A stretch of DNA of 47,175 nucleotides from Macrostomum lignano. Lineage: Eukaryota. The DNA is taken from assembly GCA_002269645.1 (NCBI GenBank), contig NIVC01002531.1, forward strand, positions 1 to 47,175. Reading direction: 5' to 3'. A program made the translations under genes and the position numbers. This document shows, in pieces, positions 20,358 through 32,008 of this stretch; the stretch's first letter is position 1; the number at the start of each line of letters is the position of its first letter. The notes beneath the pieces are model-generated. The model saw nothing but the letters and a program-made list of their open reading frames with translations. It had not been told where the DNA came from and made no database searches.

Positions 20358-21160
20358 GTAGAAATCTGTCAATACTTCTTTGGGATAAACCATTGGTCTT
20401 GATTGTCTCTTTGACGGTTCGCACCATTCGCTCTGCAATGCCGTTGCTCTGTGGATGGTAGGCGGGCGTTGTGATGTGCGAACAGCCAATCTGGGTGAGC
20501 CAGCCGGTCACCGCTTCGCTCACAAAACTAGGGCCGTTGTCTGACACGAGACACTTGGGCACCCCCTGTTGTGAGAACAATCTTCTAAGTCTGGAAATGA
20601 CTGTGTCGGCCTTCATGTCGCTCGTGATGAAGACTTCCGGGTAGCTCGAGTGCGCATCCACAATGATGAGTAGGTACTTGCCCTCTATCGGACCGGCAAA
20701 ATCAATGTGCACTCGCTCCCAGGGGTTGTCAGGTTCTGGCCACGAGTGCCGAAAGTTCTTATTTCTGGACTTGTACGCGTTGCACACGTTGCATCGTCCA
20801 ATGTAGTCAGCGATGTCACGGTCCATCTGTGGCCACCAGAACTGTTCCCTCAAAATTGACTTTGACTTTTCCACCCCAAGGTGCGTTGAGTGTACAGCTG
20901 CCAGGGCAGTTTCTCTCAGGACACGAGGCAATACAATTCTGTTCATTCTGTAAATAATTCCATCATTGACAGTTAGCTCATCTTGAACCTTCGAGTAGCT
21001 GAGTAGGTGTGGGTCGTCAAATAGATTATTGTTAATTATGGCTGCGCCCAGGCATCTGAACTCCGGGTCCTCTCTGGTTGCGTGTGCAATGCGATCCAGC
21101 TGAATTACTCCCGGGTTGTCAGCTTCGAGGAGTCCGATCGATGCTGTCTGTGCATTCGGC
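20358..21160 (-). pseudogene. Gypsy integrase N-terminal and core domains
   Basis: HSTHLG...CNVC zinc finger; D,D35E motifs IDFAGP, SDNGPSF and SNGIAER. Joined to pol by a -1 shift near 21160. Confidence 0.92.
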
Positions 21161-23822
21161 TTAGCGGCACCAGTCGAGATAGCGCATCCGACAGCATTAG
21201 CTTTGATGGTCGATACTGTATGTCATAGTCATAAGCAGCTAGTATGATTGCCCATCGTTGTAGTCGAGCTGAAACTCTGGTGGGCAGCTGTTTGTCTGGC
21301 GCGAATATGTATGTGAGGGGCCGGTGATCAGTTATCAGTGTGAACCTCCGGCCATACAAGAACCGATGGCATCTTTGAATGCACCAAACCAGTGCCAGGC
21401 CTTCACGCTCTATTTGCGAATATTTTGTTTCGGCGTCAGACAGAGTCTTGCTCATGTACAGCACGACTTGACCGCTTTGTGTCAACACTCCGCCCAGAGC
21501 TCGCTGAGAACTGTCGCATTCCAGTTCAATGGGCTTCTCCGGATCAAATATTTGAAGACTCGATTGGTCAGAGAGAGTGACCTTGATTTCGTCAAATGCT
21601 ATTTGACACTCCTTTGTCCACACGAAGTCCTCATTTTTCTTTCTTAGTCGATTGAGAGGCTTGGTCAGTGCAGCTAGGTTTCTGATGAACTTGCCGCTAA
21701 AATTTACGAGACCCAGGAAAGATTCAAGCTCGCCAACGTTCTGCGGTGGTGTCATGTCCTGGATTGCCTTCACTTTGGCTGGGTCCGGCTTGAGCTGATC
21801 TCCTTCCAATAAGTAGCCTAGAAACTTGATCGAAGTCTTGCGGAATTCACTTTTCGCCGTGTTGATCTTCAATCCTTGCTGGTTTAGTCGATGCAATACT
21901 TCCGTCTCACGAACTGCCAATTGTTCTACGCCTTTGCCGCATATCAATATGTCGTCTACGTAGGCAATGACGCCAGGAATTCCTTGTAGGACTTGGCTAA
22001 TGTACCGCTGGAAGATCGCAGGTGCTGTTTTCACTCCGAACGGAAGCTTGTTGAAAGCGAACATCCCAAATGGTGTTGACATTACTGTCAGCTCTTTGGA
22101 AGCTTCATCTAGTGGGATCTGGTGATAAGCTTTCTCTAGGTCCAGACGAGTGTATATCCGGCTGCCAGCAGCAGTTGCAATCACTTCGTCAGGTGCAGGC
22201 ATCGGATATGAATCGTTGATAAGATGAGAATTGATTGTCACCTTGTAGTCGACGCAAAGTCTGAGCTTTCCAGAAGGTTTCTTGACCACGACAATTGGTG
22301 AGGCCCATTCACTGAACTTGACGGGCTTGATGGTGTCTTCTTCAAGCAACCGATCGATTTCATCCTTGACTCCCTGTCTGAGTGCGAAGGGTAGCGGCCT
22401 GGGTTTGCAATGAATTGGAGTGGTTCCTTCCTTGATCTTAAGAGTTACTGGTGGAAATTCGCATGACTGGGTTGGCGATGTGCAGCTGTTGTCTACAGCG
22501 TTTAGCGTGAAATTGAGCTTGTCTCGGCCAACCAGAACAAAGTTCTTCTGCGATTCCACAATGAAGAATGTGATTGGAATGAACTCATCATTGTACTCCA
22601 ACTCAGTGTCGTGTGTTCCAAAGACCTTCATCTGCGTATCAGCGTATGTTGTCAGAACAGTGTCTGTAGGTGTCAGCTTTGGACAACCCAATCGTTTCCA
22701 GATCGTTTTTGACATTACTGAAACTCCTGCCCCAGTATCGATTTGTGCGTTCACGCTAAGCATCGACCCGCTCGTGTGTCTGAGCCTAACAGGCACGGTG
22801 TAGCTATCAACGGGATGTCGAATGTGAAAACAATCCTCCTGTTCAGCTTCGCTTGCATCTACAAAGCTTGTGGTCCTTGGCCACACTGCAGCTCGCCTAA
22901 ACTGACCAGATGCTGACGGGCTTTTGAACGATTTTCGGCCTTTGCCAAAACCAGTTGATTTCGTTTTGCAAACTGTTGCGAAGTGGTTTTGCATGCCACA
23001 TTTGTTGCACGTTTTTCCTTTCGCAGGACACCCTCCATTGGAGCCATGCATTGTGCCACATCTGCCACACTTGGAGCTTGTAGAGTGGGAGCCTCTGGTC
23101 ACCGATGCTGAAATTTTCATTACTTCAGAAGACTGCGGCTGACTGGTGCAACCCTTTAGTATTTGCGTTTGTGATAGGTTCTGGTGCGCCTCAGCGATGT
23201 TGATAGCTGTCTCAAACGTGAGAGTGCTGAAGTCCTGTTCCAATAACTTGCTGATGGCCACCTTGTCATTCAAACCGAATACGAGCTGATCTCTCAGTCT
23301 CTCATCTCTGGATAGGCCAAACTGACACTTGTCTGCCTGCATGCAGAGTTGCTGTGCATACTCACGAATGCTCATTGATGCCGTGCGAGTGATATGCTGG
23401 AAATTGAATCTCTCAGCCATGACGAACGTCTTTGGTTCCAGGATGCTGGCCAGTAGTTTGGTCAGTTCATCGAAGCTCTTTTCTCCCGGCTTCTTGGGAG
23501 CGGCTCGATCTGCCAATGCGTCGTACAGCTTGGTGCTGAGCTTCATCAGCAGCAGCTTGTTTTTCGTGTCGTCCTGCCAGCCGTTGAGTTCGCTGCACAG
23601 TGTGAATCGGTCCAACCACCTCTGGAAGTTCGAACTTTCATCGAGTTTTTCGATGTCAACTTGCTGTCCTCTCGATACTTGTGCGCTTGGGTTCTGCGCT
23701 GTCGCTGTTGCCGACTTTGTCGCTTGGACTGATTTCGACGAGATCGCAAGCGGTGGTACTTTGTCGCTCGAAACCGTTTTACCAACTCCTTTAGTTGGCG
23801 ATGCTGGCGTACTTCCAGGCAT
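21105..23822 (-). CDS. Gypsy Gag-Pol: gag with two Cys/His knuckles, aspartic protease, RT, RNase H
   Basis: RLRDQLVFGL; CGRCG..H...CPAKGKTCNKCGMQNHFATVC; IDTGAGVSV; LRLCVDY; YVDD; ECDSS...YSQIEREGLA...TDHRPL...DALSR. Confidence 0.95.
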   Translation of the reverse strand: MPGSTPASPTKGVGKTVSSDKVPPLAISSKSVQATKSATATAQNPSAQVSRGQQVDIEKLDESSNFQRWLDRFTLCSELNGWQDDTKNKLLLMKLSTKLYDALADRAAPKKPGEKSFDELTKLLASILEPKTFVMAERFNFQHITRTASMSIREYAQQLCMQADKCQFGLSRDERLRDQLVFGLNDKVAISKLLEQDFSTLTFETAINIAEAHQNLSQTQILKGCTSQPQSSEVMKISASVTRGSHSTSSKCGRCGTMHGSNGGCPAKGKTCNKCGMQNHFATVCKTKSTGFGKGRKSFKSPSASGQFRRAAVWPRTTSFVDASEAEQEDCFHIRHPVDSYTVPVRLRHTSGSMLSVNAQIDTGAGVSVMSKTIWKRLGCPKLTPTDTVLTTYADTQMKVFGTHDTELEYNDEFIPITFFIVESQKNFVLVGRDKLNFTLNAVDNSCTSPTQSCEFPPVTLKIKEGTTPIHCKPRPLPFALRQGVKDEIDRLLEEDTIKPVKFSEWASPIVVVKKPSGKLRLCVDYKVTINSHLINDSYPMPAPDEVIATAAGSRIYTRLDLEKAYHQIPLDEASKELTVMSTPFGMFAFNKLPFGVKTAPAIFQRYISQVLQGIPGVIAYVDDILICGKGVEQLAVRETEVLHRLNQQGLKINTAKSEFRKTSIKFLGYLLEGDQLKPDPAKVKAIQDMTPPQNVGELESFLGLVNFSGKFIRNLAALTKPLNRLRKKNEDFVWTKECQIAFDEIKVTLSDQSSLQIFDPEKPIELECDSSQRALGGVLTQSGQVVLYMSKTLSDAETKYSQIEREGLALVWCIQRCHRFLYGRRFTLITDHRPLTYIFAPDKQLPTRVSARLQRWAIILAAYDYDIQYRPSKLMLSDALSRLVPLSRMHRQHRSDSSKLTTRE

Positions 23823-23837
23823 TTTCGTAGCCTATGC

Positions 23838-23849
23838 TTGCCGACGCCA
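23838..23849 (-). other. Primer binding site, probably tRNA-Ser type
   Basis: TGGCGTCGGCAA begins 1 nt inside the 5' LTR. A TGGCG start fits tRNAs with a G discriminator. The tRNA identity is inferred. Confidence 0.65.
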
Positions 23850-23850
23850 C

Positions 23851-24009
23851 TGTTGTGCTTTTGGCTTTTAGCCTTTAGCAATTGTCAGTCTAGCGGTCTG
23901 CTGACCTCTGACGCGTCTATTCTTTTTTTCATAACTCAATAGCATGGTTCAATTCATCAACGCAGTCGCGTAACAAAAATGTCTATGGCAAAGCCATCAA
24001 CCCACAACA
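23851..24009 (-). repeat. 5' LTR (159 bp)
   Basis: Identical by eye to 13856-14014. Confidence 0.96.
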
Positions 24010-24462
24010 ATGGGCGCCAGTATCAGTACCATGGGCGCCAGTATCAATACCATGGGCGCCAGTATCAGTACCATGGGCGCCAGTATCAATACCATGGGCG
24101 CCAGTATCAGTACCATGGGCGCCAGTATCAATACCATGGGCGCCAGTATCAGTAACCATGGGCGCCAGTATCAGTAACCATGGGCGCCAGTATCAGTACC
24201 ATGGGCGCCAGTATCAGTACCATGGGCGCCAGTATCAGTAACCATGGGCGCCAGTATCAGTAACCATGGGCGCCAGTATCAGTAACCATGGCTCCAGTAT
24301 CAGTACCATGGGCGCCAGTATCAGTAACCATGGGCGCCAGTATCAGTAACCATGGGCGCCAGTATCAGTAACCATGGCGCCTGTATCAGTACCATGGGCG
24401 CCAGTATCAGTACCATGGGCGCCAGAATCAGTACTATGGGCGCCAGTATCAGTACCATGGGC
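24010..24462. repeat. 21-22 bp minisatellite, right part (~20 units)
   Basis: Same unit as 13501-13855. Confidence 0.95.
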
Positions 24463-24967
24463 AGTACTTGTAACTTTGGAGGCGCCATATGCTGCTGTCA
24501 GCTGATGGGACATGGCGCCCCAACCTTCAAGCCGCCCACGGAGGGAACCGCAGCCCTGGAGGCAAGGAGAAGCTTGAAGAGTTTAACAACTTAGCATTTT
24601 GAGCCATTTTGTGCAAACGCGATCTGTTTTGTAGCGGCCATGCAGTTTATGCCTGAGCAAAAACCACAAACGCGTTTGCCGCTAATGATTTGCCTCTTGA
24701 ACCCGCCACCGACTGCACCAAACCGTGATGAATGACTCCAGGGATCGCATGAGCTGCTGCAACTCGGCAACGCATCAGCGGTATTAATTGCTCTGCCAGA
24801 GCTGCTGGGAGGCTCCATCAAATTTGGGGCTGATAGAACTGTTGCTATTTTTAGCTTCCGGAGAACACGGATTTGATTTTACTACGCGAACTCGTATTGT
24901 ATATTTATAGCGAGTATGTGCGCCAGGTGGGCTGATAGAACTCGTCTAGAATAACTTATGCTATAGG

Positions 24968-25296
24968 TGGGATTGCTGAGTTGTCAAGGCTTACTGGGGG
25001 ATTGCTGAGTTGTCAAGGCTTACTGGGGGATTGCTGAGTTGTCAAGGCTTACTGGGGGAATTGCTAAGTGTCAAGGCTTACTGTGGGAATTGCTGAGTTG
25101 TTAAGGCTTACTGGGGGAATTGCTGAGTTGTCAAGGCTTACTGTGGGAATTGCTGAGTTGTCAAGGCTTACTGTGGGAATTGCTGAGTTGTCAAGGCTTA
25201 CTGGGGGAATTGCTGAGTTGTCAAGGCTACTGGGGGAATGGCTGAGTTGTCAAGGCTTACTGTGGGAATTGCTGAGTTGTCAAGGCTTACTGGGGG
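24968..25296. repeat. 29-30 bp minisatellite (GGGAATTGCTGAGTTGTCAAGGCTTACTGT), ~11 units
   Basis: Direct tandem units with no spacers. Confidence 0.95.
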
Positions 25297-26189
25297 GAAG
25301 GGTCAGACAGAAGCTACATATAGTGTATTCATGATTTTCTATTCTGATTTTTGATGGCTCCCCAACGGGGGGCGCTGATTATACTGGTCTATGCTAAATA
25401 CTCTCTAGAATTTGGCATGTACCCCTTAGGTACATGTAGGATAACTTCGATATCTACAGAAGTAAGTAGAATGGACTGGTTCCTGGCTGCCGCCATGATG
25501 TAGAGTGCTTCACGAGGCTCAGATGTAATATTCTACTGCATATTACATGTACATCTGCTGCAATTAAAACTCATAATACATACGCGAGCGCATTGCAGTC
25601 GCACACGTGTTTCAAACCAAATGTCCTTCAAGTCGGCCTTCTCTGCGGTGCCATTGCGATCCCAGCTCGGTGACTGGGGGGGGGGGGGGAGGGGGGGCTA
25701 GGCCTGGGCTATTTGTTCCGCCTGGTCCCTGGCCGATGCCGCAATTAGCCGGGCCCGGCCGCCTTCATTAGCCGCCGGCGGTGCGGCCTCGGAAATTCGA
25801 TTTTGCCCGGGCCGCCTCCGTGAGGAATTTTTTGTTTCGGACCTGATTGAGCGCGAATCCTGAAATTGATTGTCGCATTCTGATCGGCCCCGCTATGCAA
25901 TGTTTGAGGCCTTGCAGAGATTTTGCACTGAACTTTCTGCGCGTTTGTTGCAGCGTTCGGATGAAAGAAATCGGCGCGCTGGGCAGGTTCAGAGAGTGCT
26001 GGTGACTGCCCAGGTTTGCGGTTGCTATGGGGCTTATTACTGCATATAATACTCGTAGTTGAACGAATTAGAGGCCAATACTTCTCATTTCTTAAGACGC
26101 CAAATCCACTGCTATTCCCGGTAAAACTGTAGCTAATTAAATTTTAAACGCTTTCGAATGGGCAGTATATGGATTAAAGCTAGGTGAGG

Positions 26190-26660
26190 GAATCAGTGGG
26201 AACTGGATGGGGATGGATGGGAATAGATGGGATGGATGGAATAGATGGGATGGATGGGAAATGGATGGGATGGATGGGAAATGGATGGCAATAGATGGGA
26301 AATGGATGGGAATAGATGGTAACTGGATGAGGATAGATAGGAAATGGATGGAAAAATGAGAATTGGATGAAAAAATGGGAAGAGATGGCAAATGGATTGG
26401 ATAGATGGGAAATGGATTGGATAGATGGAAAATGGATTGGATAGATGGAAAATGGATTGGATAGATGGAAAATGGATGGTGATAGATGGAAAATGGATTG
26501 GATAGATGGAAAATGGATTGGATAGATGGGAAATGGATGGGATAGATGGGAAATGGATTGGATAGATGGAAAATGGATGGGATGGATGGCAAATAGATGG
26601 GATAGATAAAAATGGATGGGATAGATAGGAAATGGATGGGATAGATGGCAAGTGGGTTTG
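26190..26660. repeat. Purine-rich degenerate simple repeat (GATGG / ATAGATGGAAAATGGATTGG)
   Basis: 5/10/20 bp periodicity; almost no C on the + strand. Confidence 0.9.
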
Positions 26661-27338
26661 GGATCGGTAGGAAATAGAGAGGATCGATGGGAACGGGTGG
26701 GGCATGGGGGTACATTGCGAGTGCATGAGCAGCCTATGATGATGAGGACCCAGCAGCAATCGGGTGCCTCTGCGTCACGATCTCCAAGAATAGTTCTTTC
26801 ACCCTGTTTCACGAAATTCGACACGGGAAATAGAAAATTATCTTGGAACTTTGAGAAGGCGCTCAATTCCCCCAATCTCCATAATATATTACTGGCGAGC
26901 CCGCCACGGTCAGCGATGGAATCGCAAAGGGCAAAATGAAGCGCCATGGACAGCGGAGGCTGAGCGAGCAGGTCCTGTGCGGCATAAAAACTTCACATTA
27001 GTCACCGCAGTTCTCCGCTGACAATTTTCATTGAAGCAGGGGGCTGCGGGAGGCTCTGATTGAATTGAGAGGGCCGCGGAGTTTATCTCGGGCCCGCTCC
27101 GATAATGGATCGGCCATTCGGGGAGCAGGTCCGGTCTTATCGGCGCAAAAATTATTCCCATTTCGACTGCGGTGTCTGTCCGAGATATTTCTTCTTTCAT
27201 TTTTTGAGCTGAAGTTTTTCCTGGGGAGAGCGGCACGTGACCTGCCAAGGCCGCCGCGCCGGAGCTGGGGAGTGGGGATCGAGCTCGCGCTGCCGTCATT
27301 CGCTGGCCGAGAGGGGACGCAGATACCGTAGCAAGAAA

Positions 27339-28152
27339 ATGCGCAGGAAATTTCCCCTGTTCTTCCCCTGCACTGCGAGCGCATCAGCTGCTCCGGGCTT
27401 CAAGAAAGCGAGACGGCAAGGGGGTTCGAGCAGCCCGGACTGCAGGGTCCCGACGCATCGGAGCGCAGCCCGAGTCATGTACACCACCGTCAGCAGGCGC
27501 GAGTCCGACCTGCCGGTCCGACGCGAGCGGGTGCCGTTCCGCGGCGCCAACCGGCCGTTGACGGCGCTGCGGGAGCCGTACGCCCAGCCGTTCGCCAGCG
27601 GCCGCTACACGACACCCGCCGCCCGCATTAAGATGTCCAAGTCGCAGAAGCGCAAAAACCTCCGACGCCTGAGGCGCAAGAAGCGGATTAAGGAGACGGT
27701 CAACTGCTGCAAGCACTTTCTGGCCTTTATGTTTTCCAACCTGGGCCTCTCCAGCCTCATCATCGCCTACACCGTGATCGGAGGCGTCATGTTCCAGAGC
27801 CTCGAGTACCAGCAAGAGATGAGCACGCGGCAGGCTGTGCAGAAGTACTTCAACGACACCGTCACGAATATCACTGGCGATATCGAGGAGAGCATCCAGC
27901 AGCGCTGCCTGAGCCTCGGCCAGCAGCTCGTCAACGTCAGCGATGGAGGCTGGCGGCTGCTGTACGGCATCTGCCAGCGCCTGGAGGTGAAGCCACTGAC
28001 CAACCCACGGCTGGAGGCGCACCTGAAGGAGTACCACCGGAGGCTCGTTATCTTCATCAACATCGACGGCTGGAACGGCCGGTTCGACGAGGAAGTCAAC
28101 TGGAGCTTCTCCGGGGCGCTGCTGTACGTAGTGACGGTCATCACCACCATCG
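27339..28152 (+). CDS. Two-pore-domain K+ channel (K2P/TWIK family), exon 1: M1, cap, P1
   Basis: FLAFMFSNLGLSSLIIAYTVIGGVMFQSLE...WSFSGALLYVVTVITTI(G); donor GTGAG at 28153. The start could be ATG 27339, 27477 or 27633. Confidence 0.88.
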
Positions 28153-28557
28153 GTGAGCTGCGGTGAACAGAGTGCGCAGTCAAAAATGGTCGCATATTAA
28201 AAATTATTCACAGTATCTCAGAGGCTCCTTAAGGCTAAGGCGCGAATGCAGGGTCATTATAGGTCAAACTAATGATACTTGTAGATCAAATTTCATTAGA
28301 ATGAAAAAACGACTGCAATGATTTTCTGTGCAACTTTGAAAGCTTTGTACTTCAAAAATCTGCGTGATCTGACCAATATTCCCATTTTCGAATCCAAGAG
28401 ACAACTGGGCATGGTAACTGTGCTTGACCTTGATATGACCTTGAAATCATAGGGCGTCCACAGCTCAGCCCTTGAAGCTTTTTGGGTTTCATTGATTTTC
28501 CAGTTTAACTCGAATTTCACTTTAATAATCAAATTTCGGTGAACGCGAACTCCCCAG

Positions 28558-29994
28558 GTTACGGACAGGTGGTGCCCAAGACGCACAAAGGCTACCTGCT
28601 CACCATGCTGTACGCCTTCTTCGGGATCCCGCTGGTCTTCCTCTACCTCAACAACGTTGGCGACTACCTGGCTGACGCCTTCCGCCTGCTCTACCGGGAC
28701 GCCTTCCGGCCCGCCTGGCGCCGCATCTTCCGCCGGCGGACCCGAGAGCGGCTCAGCGCCTTCGCCTCCAACTGCCGCCGCCTTGCGCTGATCCCGCTGG
28801 TTGCCGCCGCCTCCGGCTTGTCCCGCCTGTGCGAGAGGCTCTGCCGCGTCTGCGCCACCGAGGTCGTGGGACCTGAGGACGAGGAAGAGGAGGAAAGCGA
28901 AGAGGTGCTCGTGCTGGATGAAGCTGCAAGCGTGCAGGTGGTCGCGACAGCTCCAAGTCCGCCGCCGCCGCCATCTCCGCCACCATCGCCCTCGCTGTCG
29001 CAGCTGCCTTCGCCGCTGGCGCTGCCCAAGTCGCGTGGCGCCGCCCTGCCGCCCTTCATGAGCAGCAACGCCTCCATCCGAGTCGCCTACGTGATGGCCC
29101 GCGTGCTGCCCGCCCGGCCCACGCCGCCTGCGCTGGACCTGACGGGAATCCCCTACCACTCCGAGCCGCCGCGCCTCGCGAACGGCACTCGTCGCCCCGG
29201 AGACTCTGCTGATGAAGCGGGGGCCACAGACGTCGATGCCAACCTGCTCGCGCAGGTGCAGACGCCGATTTCGCAGAGGCCGATCCGCGACTGGACCAGC
29301 GAGGAGCTTGAGCAGGTGCCTCTCATCGGCTGGTCCGACATCGACTGCGAGCTCATGGAAGCTGCCGCCGCGGCTGCCGCAGCCGCCGCCACTTCGGCCG
29401 CTGCCGCCAGACGCGAAGCCGACGTGTTCGGGCGGGACATTGGAGGCGGTGACGAGGACGCGCTGGAGTCGGCGGACCGGCCCGGCAGGCTGCTCAAGAG
29501 CTCCTCCGTGCCATCAACCCTCGCTGTCGCAGCTCCGACGGCTTCTGCACGCCTGCGGTCGCTAGGCGAGTCGTCGGGCTATGAGTCGGGCGCCATGCCG
29601 CCTCCGCGAGGCCGCCACTCGGAGCCGGCGCAAGTTGGCAGCCGTCGAGGGCCGCGGGCGGCGCCGGCCGCGTCTCCAGAGTGGCTGGAGTTCCTGCGCC
29701 AGCGCCAGGAATCGAACCCCATGCTGCGCCGCTGCAGCTACGTCAGCGTGCACGAGCCGTCGAGCGTTTCGACCAGCACGCAGCCGGAGGAGGACGAAGA
29801 CGACAAAGACTCCATGCAGGGCCTGACGCTGCGCCAGGTGACGGTGCCGCTTTCCCTCTCCGTGTCCGTCATGATCCTCTACATCATATTCGGCGCGCTG
29901 ATATTCACCATCTGGGAGGACAAAGACTACGTGAAGTGGTCCTACTTCTGCTTCATCACGCTGAGCACAATCGGCTTCGGTGACATTGTGCCGG
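28558..29994 (+). CDS. K2P channel exon 2: end of P1, M2, very long cytoplasmic loop, M3, P2
   Basis: Acceptor ccccag at 28557 completes TIGYG. YAFFGIPL (M2); SYFCFITLSTIGFGDIVPG (P2). Donor GTGAG at 29995. Splice phases are consistent. Confidence 0.92.
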
Positions 29995-30112
29995 GTGAGC
30001 AGGCTGCTGCAGTTTTAACTCTCAGTGGAGAATTCAGTAGAAAATCTTGAGCATCAAAGTAATTTGCAATTTACTTTTGAGATTGCTAATGTGACAGCTA
30101 TTGCAACCGCAG

Positions 30113-30356
30113 GTACCAAAGTGGACAGCGAGAATCCGAAGGAGAAGCTGATAGCTACAGTATTTTACGTAGCCATCGGCTTGTCCGTGTTCGCCATGTG
30201 CTTCAAGCTCATGCAGGAGGAGGTGCTGCAGAAGGTGCGCCGTCTCGGCCGACGCATGGTGGCCATCCGAGACCGCCTCACCAACGGCAGGGGCTCCGAC
30301 AGCGGCTCCGCCGGCGGCAGCTGCGACGACCGCGGCGGCCGGTTGAAATTCACCAG
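30113..30356 (+). CDS. K2P channel exon 3: M4 and proximal C-terminus
   Basis: Acceptor ccgcag at 30112; KLIATVFYVAIGLSVFAMCFKLMQEEV. The 3' end is uncertain: donor at 30357, a donor inside the repeat, or read-through to TGA at 30420. Confidence 0.8.
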
Positions 30357-30374
30357 GTCGCTTCGGGGCATGAA

Positions 30375-30795
30375 TGGGCTGTGGGAGAAACTCAGGCCCA
30401 GGTCCAGTGTGTCCCTCTGAGCTGCATGGGCTGTGGGAGACTCAGGCCCAGGTCCAGTGTGTCCCTCTGAGCTGCATGGGCTGTGGGAGACTCAGGCCCA
30501 GGTCCAGTGTGTCCCTCTGAGCTGCATGGGCTGTGGGAGAGACTCAGGCCCAGGTCCAGTGTGTCCCTCCGAGCTGCATGGGCTGTGGGACTGACTCAGG
30601 CCCAGGTCCAGTGTGTCCCTCTGAGCTGCATGGGCTGTGGGACTGACTCAGGCCCAGGTCCAGTGTGTCCCTCTGAGCTGCATGGGCTGTGGGAGAGACT
30701 CAGGCCCAGGTCCAGTGTGTCCCTCCGAGCTGCATGGGCTGTGGGACTGACTCAGGCCCAGGTCCAGTGTGTCCCTCTGAGCCGCATGGGTGTGG
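30375..30795. repeat. 50-52 bp minisatellite (GGGCTGTGGGAGAGACTCAGGCCCAGGTCCAGTGTGTCCCTCTGAGCTGCAT), 8 units
   Basis: CTCAGG anchors at 30391, 30441, 30491, 30543, 30595, 30647, 30699 and 30751. Confidence 0.95.
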
Positions 30796-30838
30796 GACAG
30801 TCCTGGGTTCTTAATCAACTTCTACTGACCTGAAGCAG

Positions 30839-30917
30839 CCATCGAATCTCCCACCGTCAAGAGTTGCTTGTACCCGCCAGTCACAAAGCACAAATGACAC
30901 ATGAGACTCTGCTGTAA
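30839..30917 (+). CDS. Putative K2P terminal exon ending ...THETLL*
   Basis: Branch-like TACTGAC and acceptor gcag at 30838. A phase 2 join fits either candidate donor. AATAAA at ~31082 and ~31209. Confidence 0.45.
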
Positions 30918-31742
30918 ATACGGTGCAACCAGTTCACGCCCCATTCTTTATGACAAGCACAAGTCTCGACCAAAGACTACCAAAGTAACGTAAATTAGAC
31001 TTTTTAGTTCTTCAAATTTTCACGTCTACTGCTGCTAACTTAATATCGAATACGAGCAATTCGCTCTAATTATCCATTCTGAATAAAAGGTGAATGTTTT
31101 ACTCAGCTAAAGATGGCATGATATGCATACCGCATGACGCATGAGTGCAATGCTTTGCTGCTTTTAAGAGTTTAAAGTTTGCAATACATGTACATTATAT
31201 ATGTGAGAAATAAAGCATTAGTTCAGCCAATGCATGGTTATTACTGGTTCAGCATGAGATTAATGATTTTTACATCCGTATTTTTTGGACACCTAAAAAG
31301 CAATGTGTAAGCTGACTACTTACTCACTGCTTAGTAGTATTTGACTAATTTTGCTATAAGTGGTGACTGCTTCAAATAGAAAAAGTAATAAGAAATACTA
31401 AGAATGTTTTTTACAGTTTCAAAGTGTTCAAGTTAAATTACAGTACAGAATTGGGACCATGCGGGTAGCGCTGAAGCAGCAAGAGAGTATATTTGAAGCA
31501 GATGTTCTATCAAGTAGGGTGGAAGATTGGATTCGGTAGAGAGTCGCAAAAGTACAAAAAACACCCGACGATAGTTGCGGTGCCACCGATTTCACTCGGG
31601 CTCCCCTGTTTAAATTTCAATTCTGTAAAATTTCCATTCCCGATGAGGCAAATGCCGAGTGGAGCAGGGTGAGGAATCAAGAAAACAGTCGTACTAGAGC
31701 GAATCTCAGATCTCGAGCAGTCCGTCCGATTCCTGTGGCCGG

Positions 31743-31869
31743 CTATCCCGGTGGCCGGCGGAAGTCCTCCACCGCCAGCAGCAGGAGCACACCCAGGCAG
31801 AAGAGCACCACACTGATAGAGAAGGCGTTTAGCATTGAGGCGCTCCACGAGAGCTTGTCGTAGTTGGCG
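31743..31869 (-). CDS. Cytochrome b561 family protein, exon 4 (TM6, stop)
   Basis: Acceptor ctgcag. Reads (I)ANYDKLSWSASMLNAFSISVVLFCLGVLLLLAVEDFRRPPG*, matching the Y-x10-N...KRP tail of DCYTB-like proteins. Phase 2 matches exon 3. Confidence 0.8.
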
Positions 31870-32008
31870 CTGCAGTGCGGGGCAGGGTTGAGGATCAGCT
31901 CGCTTCCAAGCAGTTGGAATTTCTACAGGAACTTTAGCCCAGGTCACACTAAATTGTGAGCATTTTTAGGCTGGTGCCGAAAGAACGAAACGAAAGAGCT
32001 CAATTTTT

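Larger units (their letters stand above)
13856..24009 (-). mobile_element. Ty3/Gypsy LTR retrotransposon (Mag-like), complete, interrupted by a LINE
   Basis: Identical 159 bp LTRs; TSD ATGGG at 13851-13855 and 24010-24014; PBS and PPT present; domain order gag-PR-RT-RH-IN. Confidence 0.96.

Noticed and set aside
26137-26947. His/Pro/Ile/Phe-rich ORFs
   Set aside because: Translations of the simple repeat.
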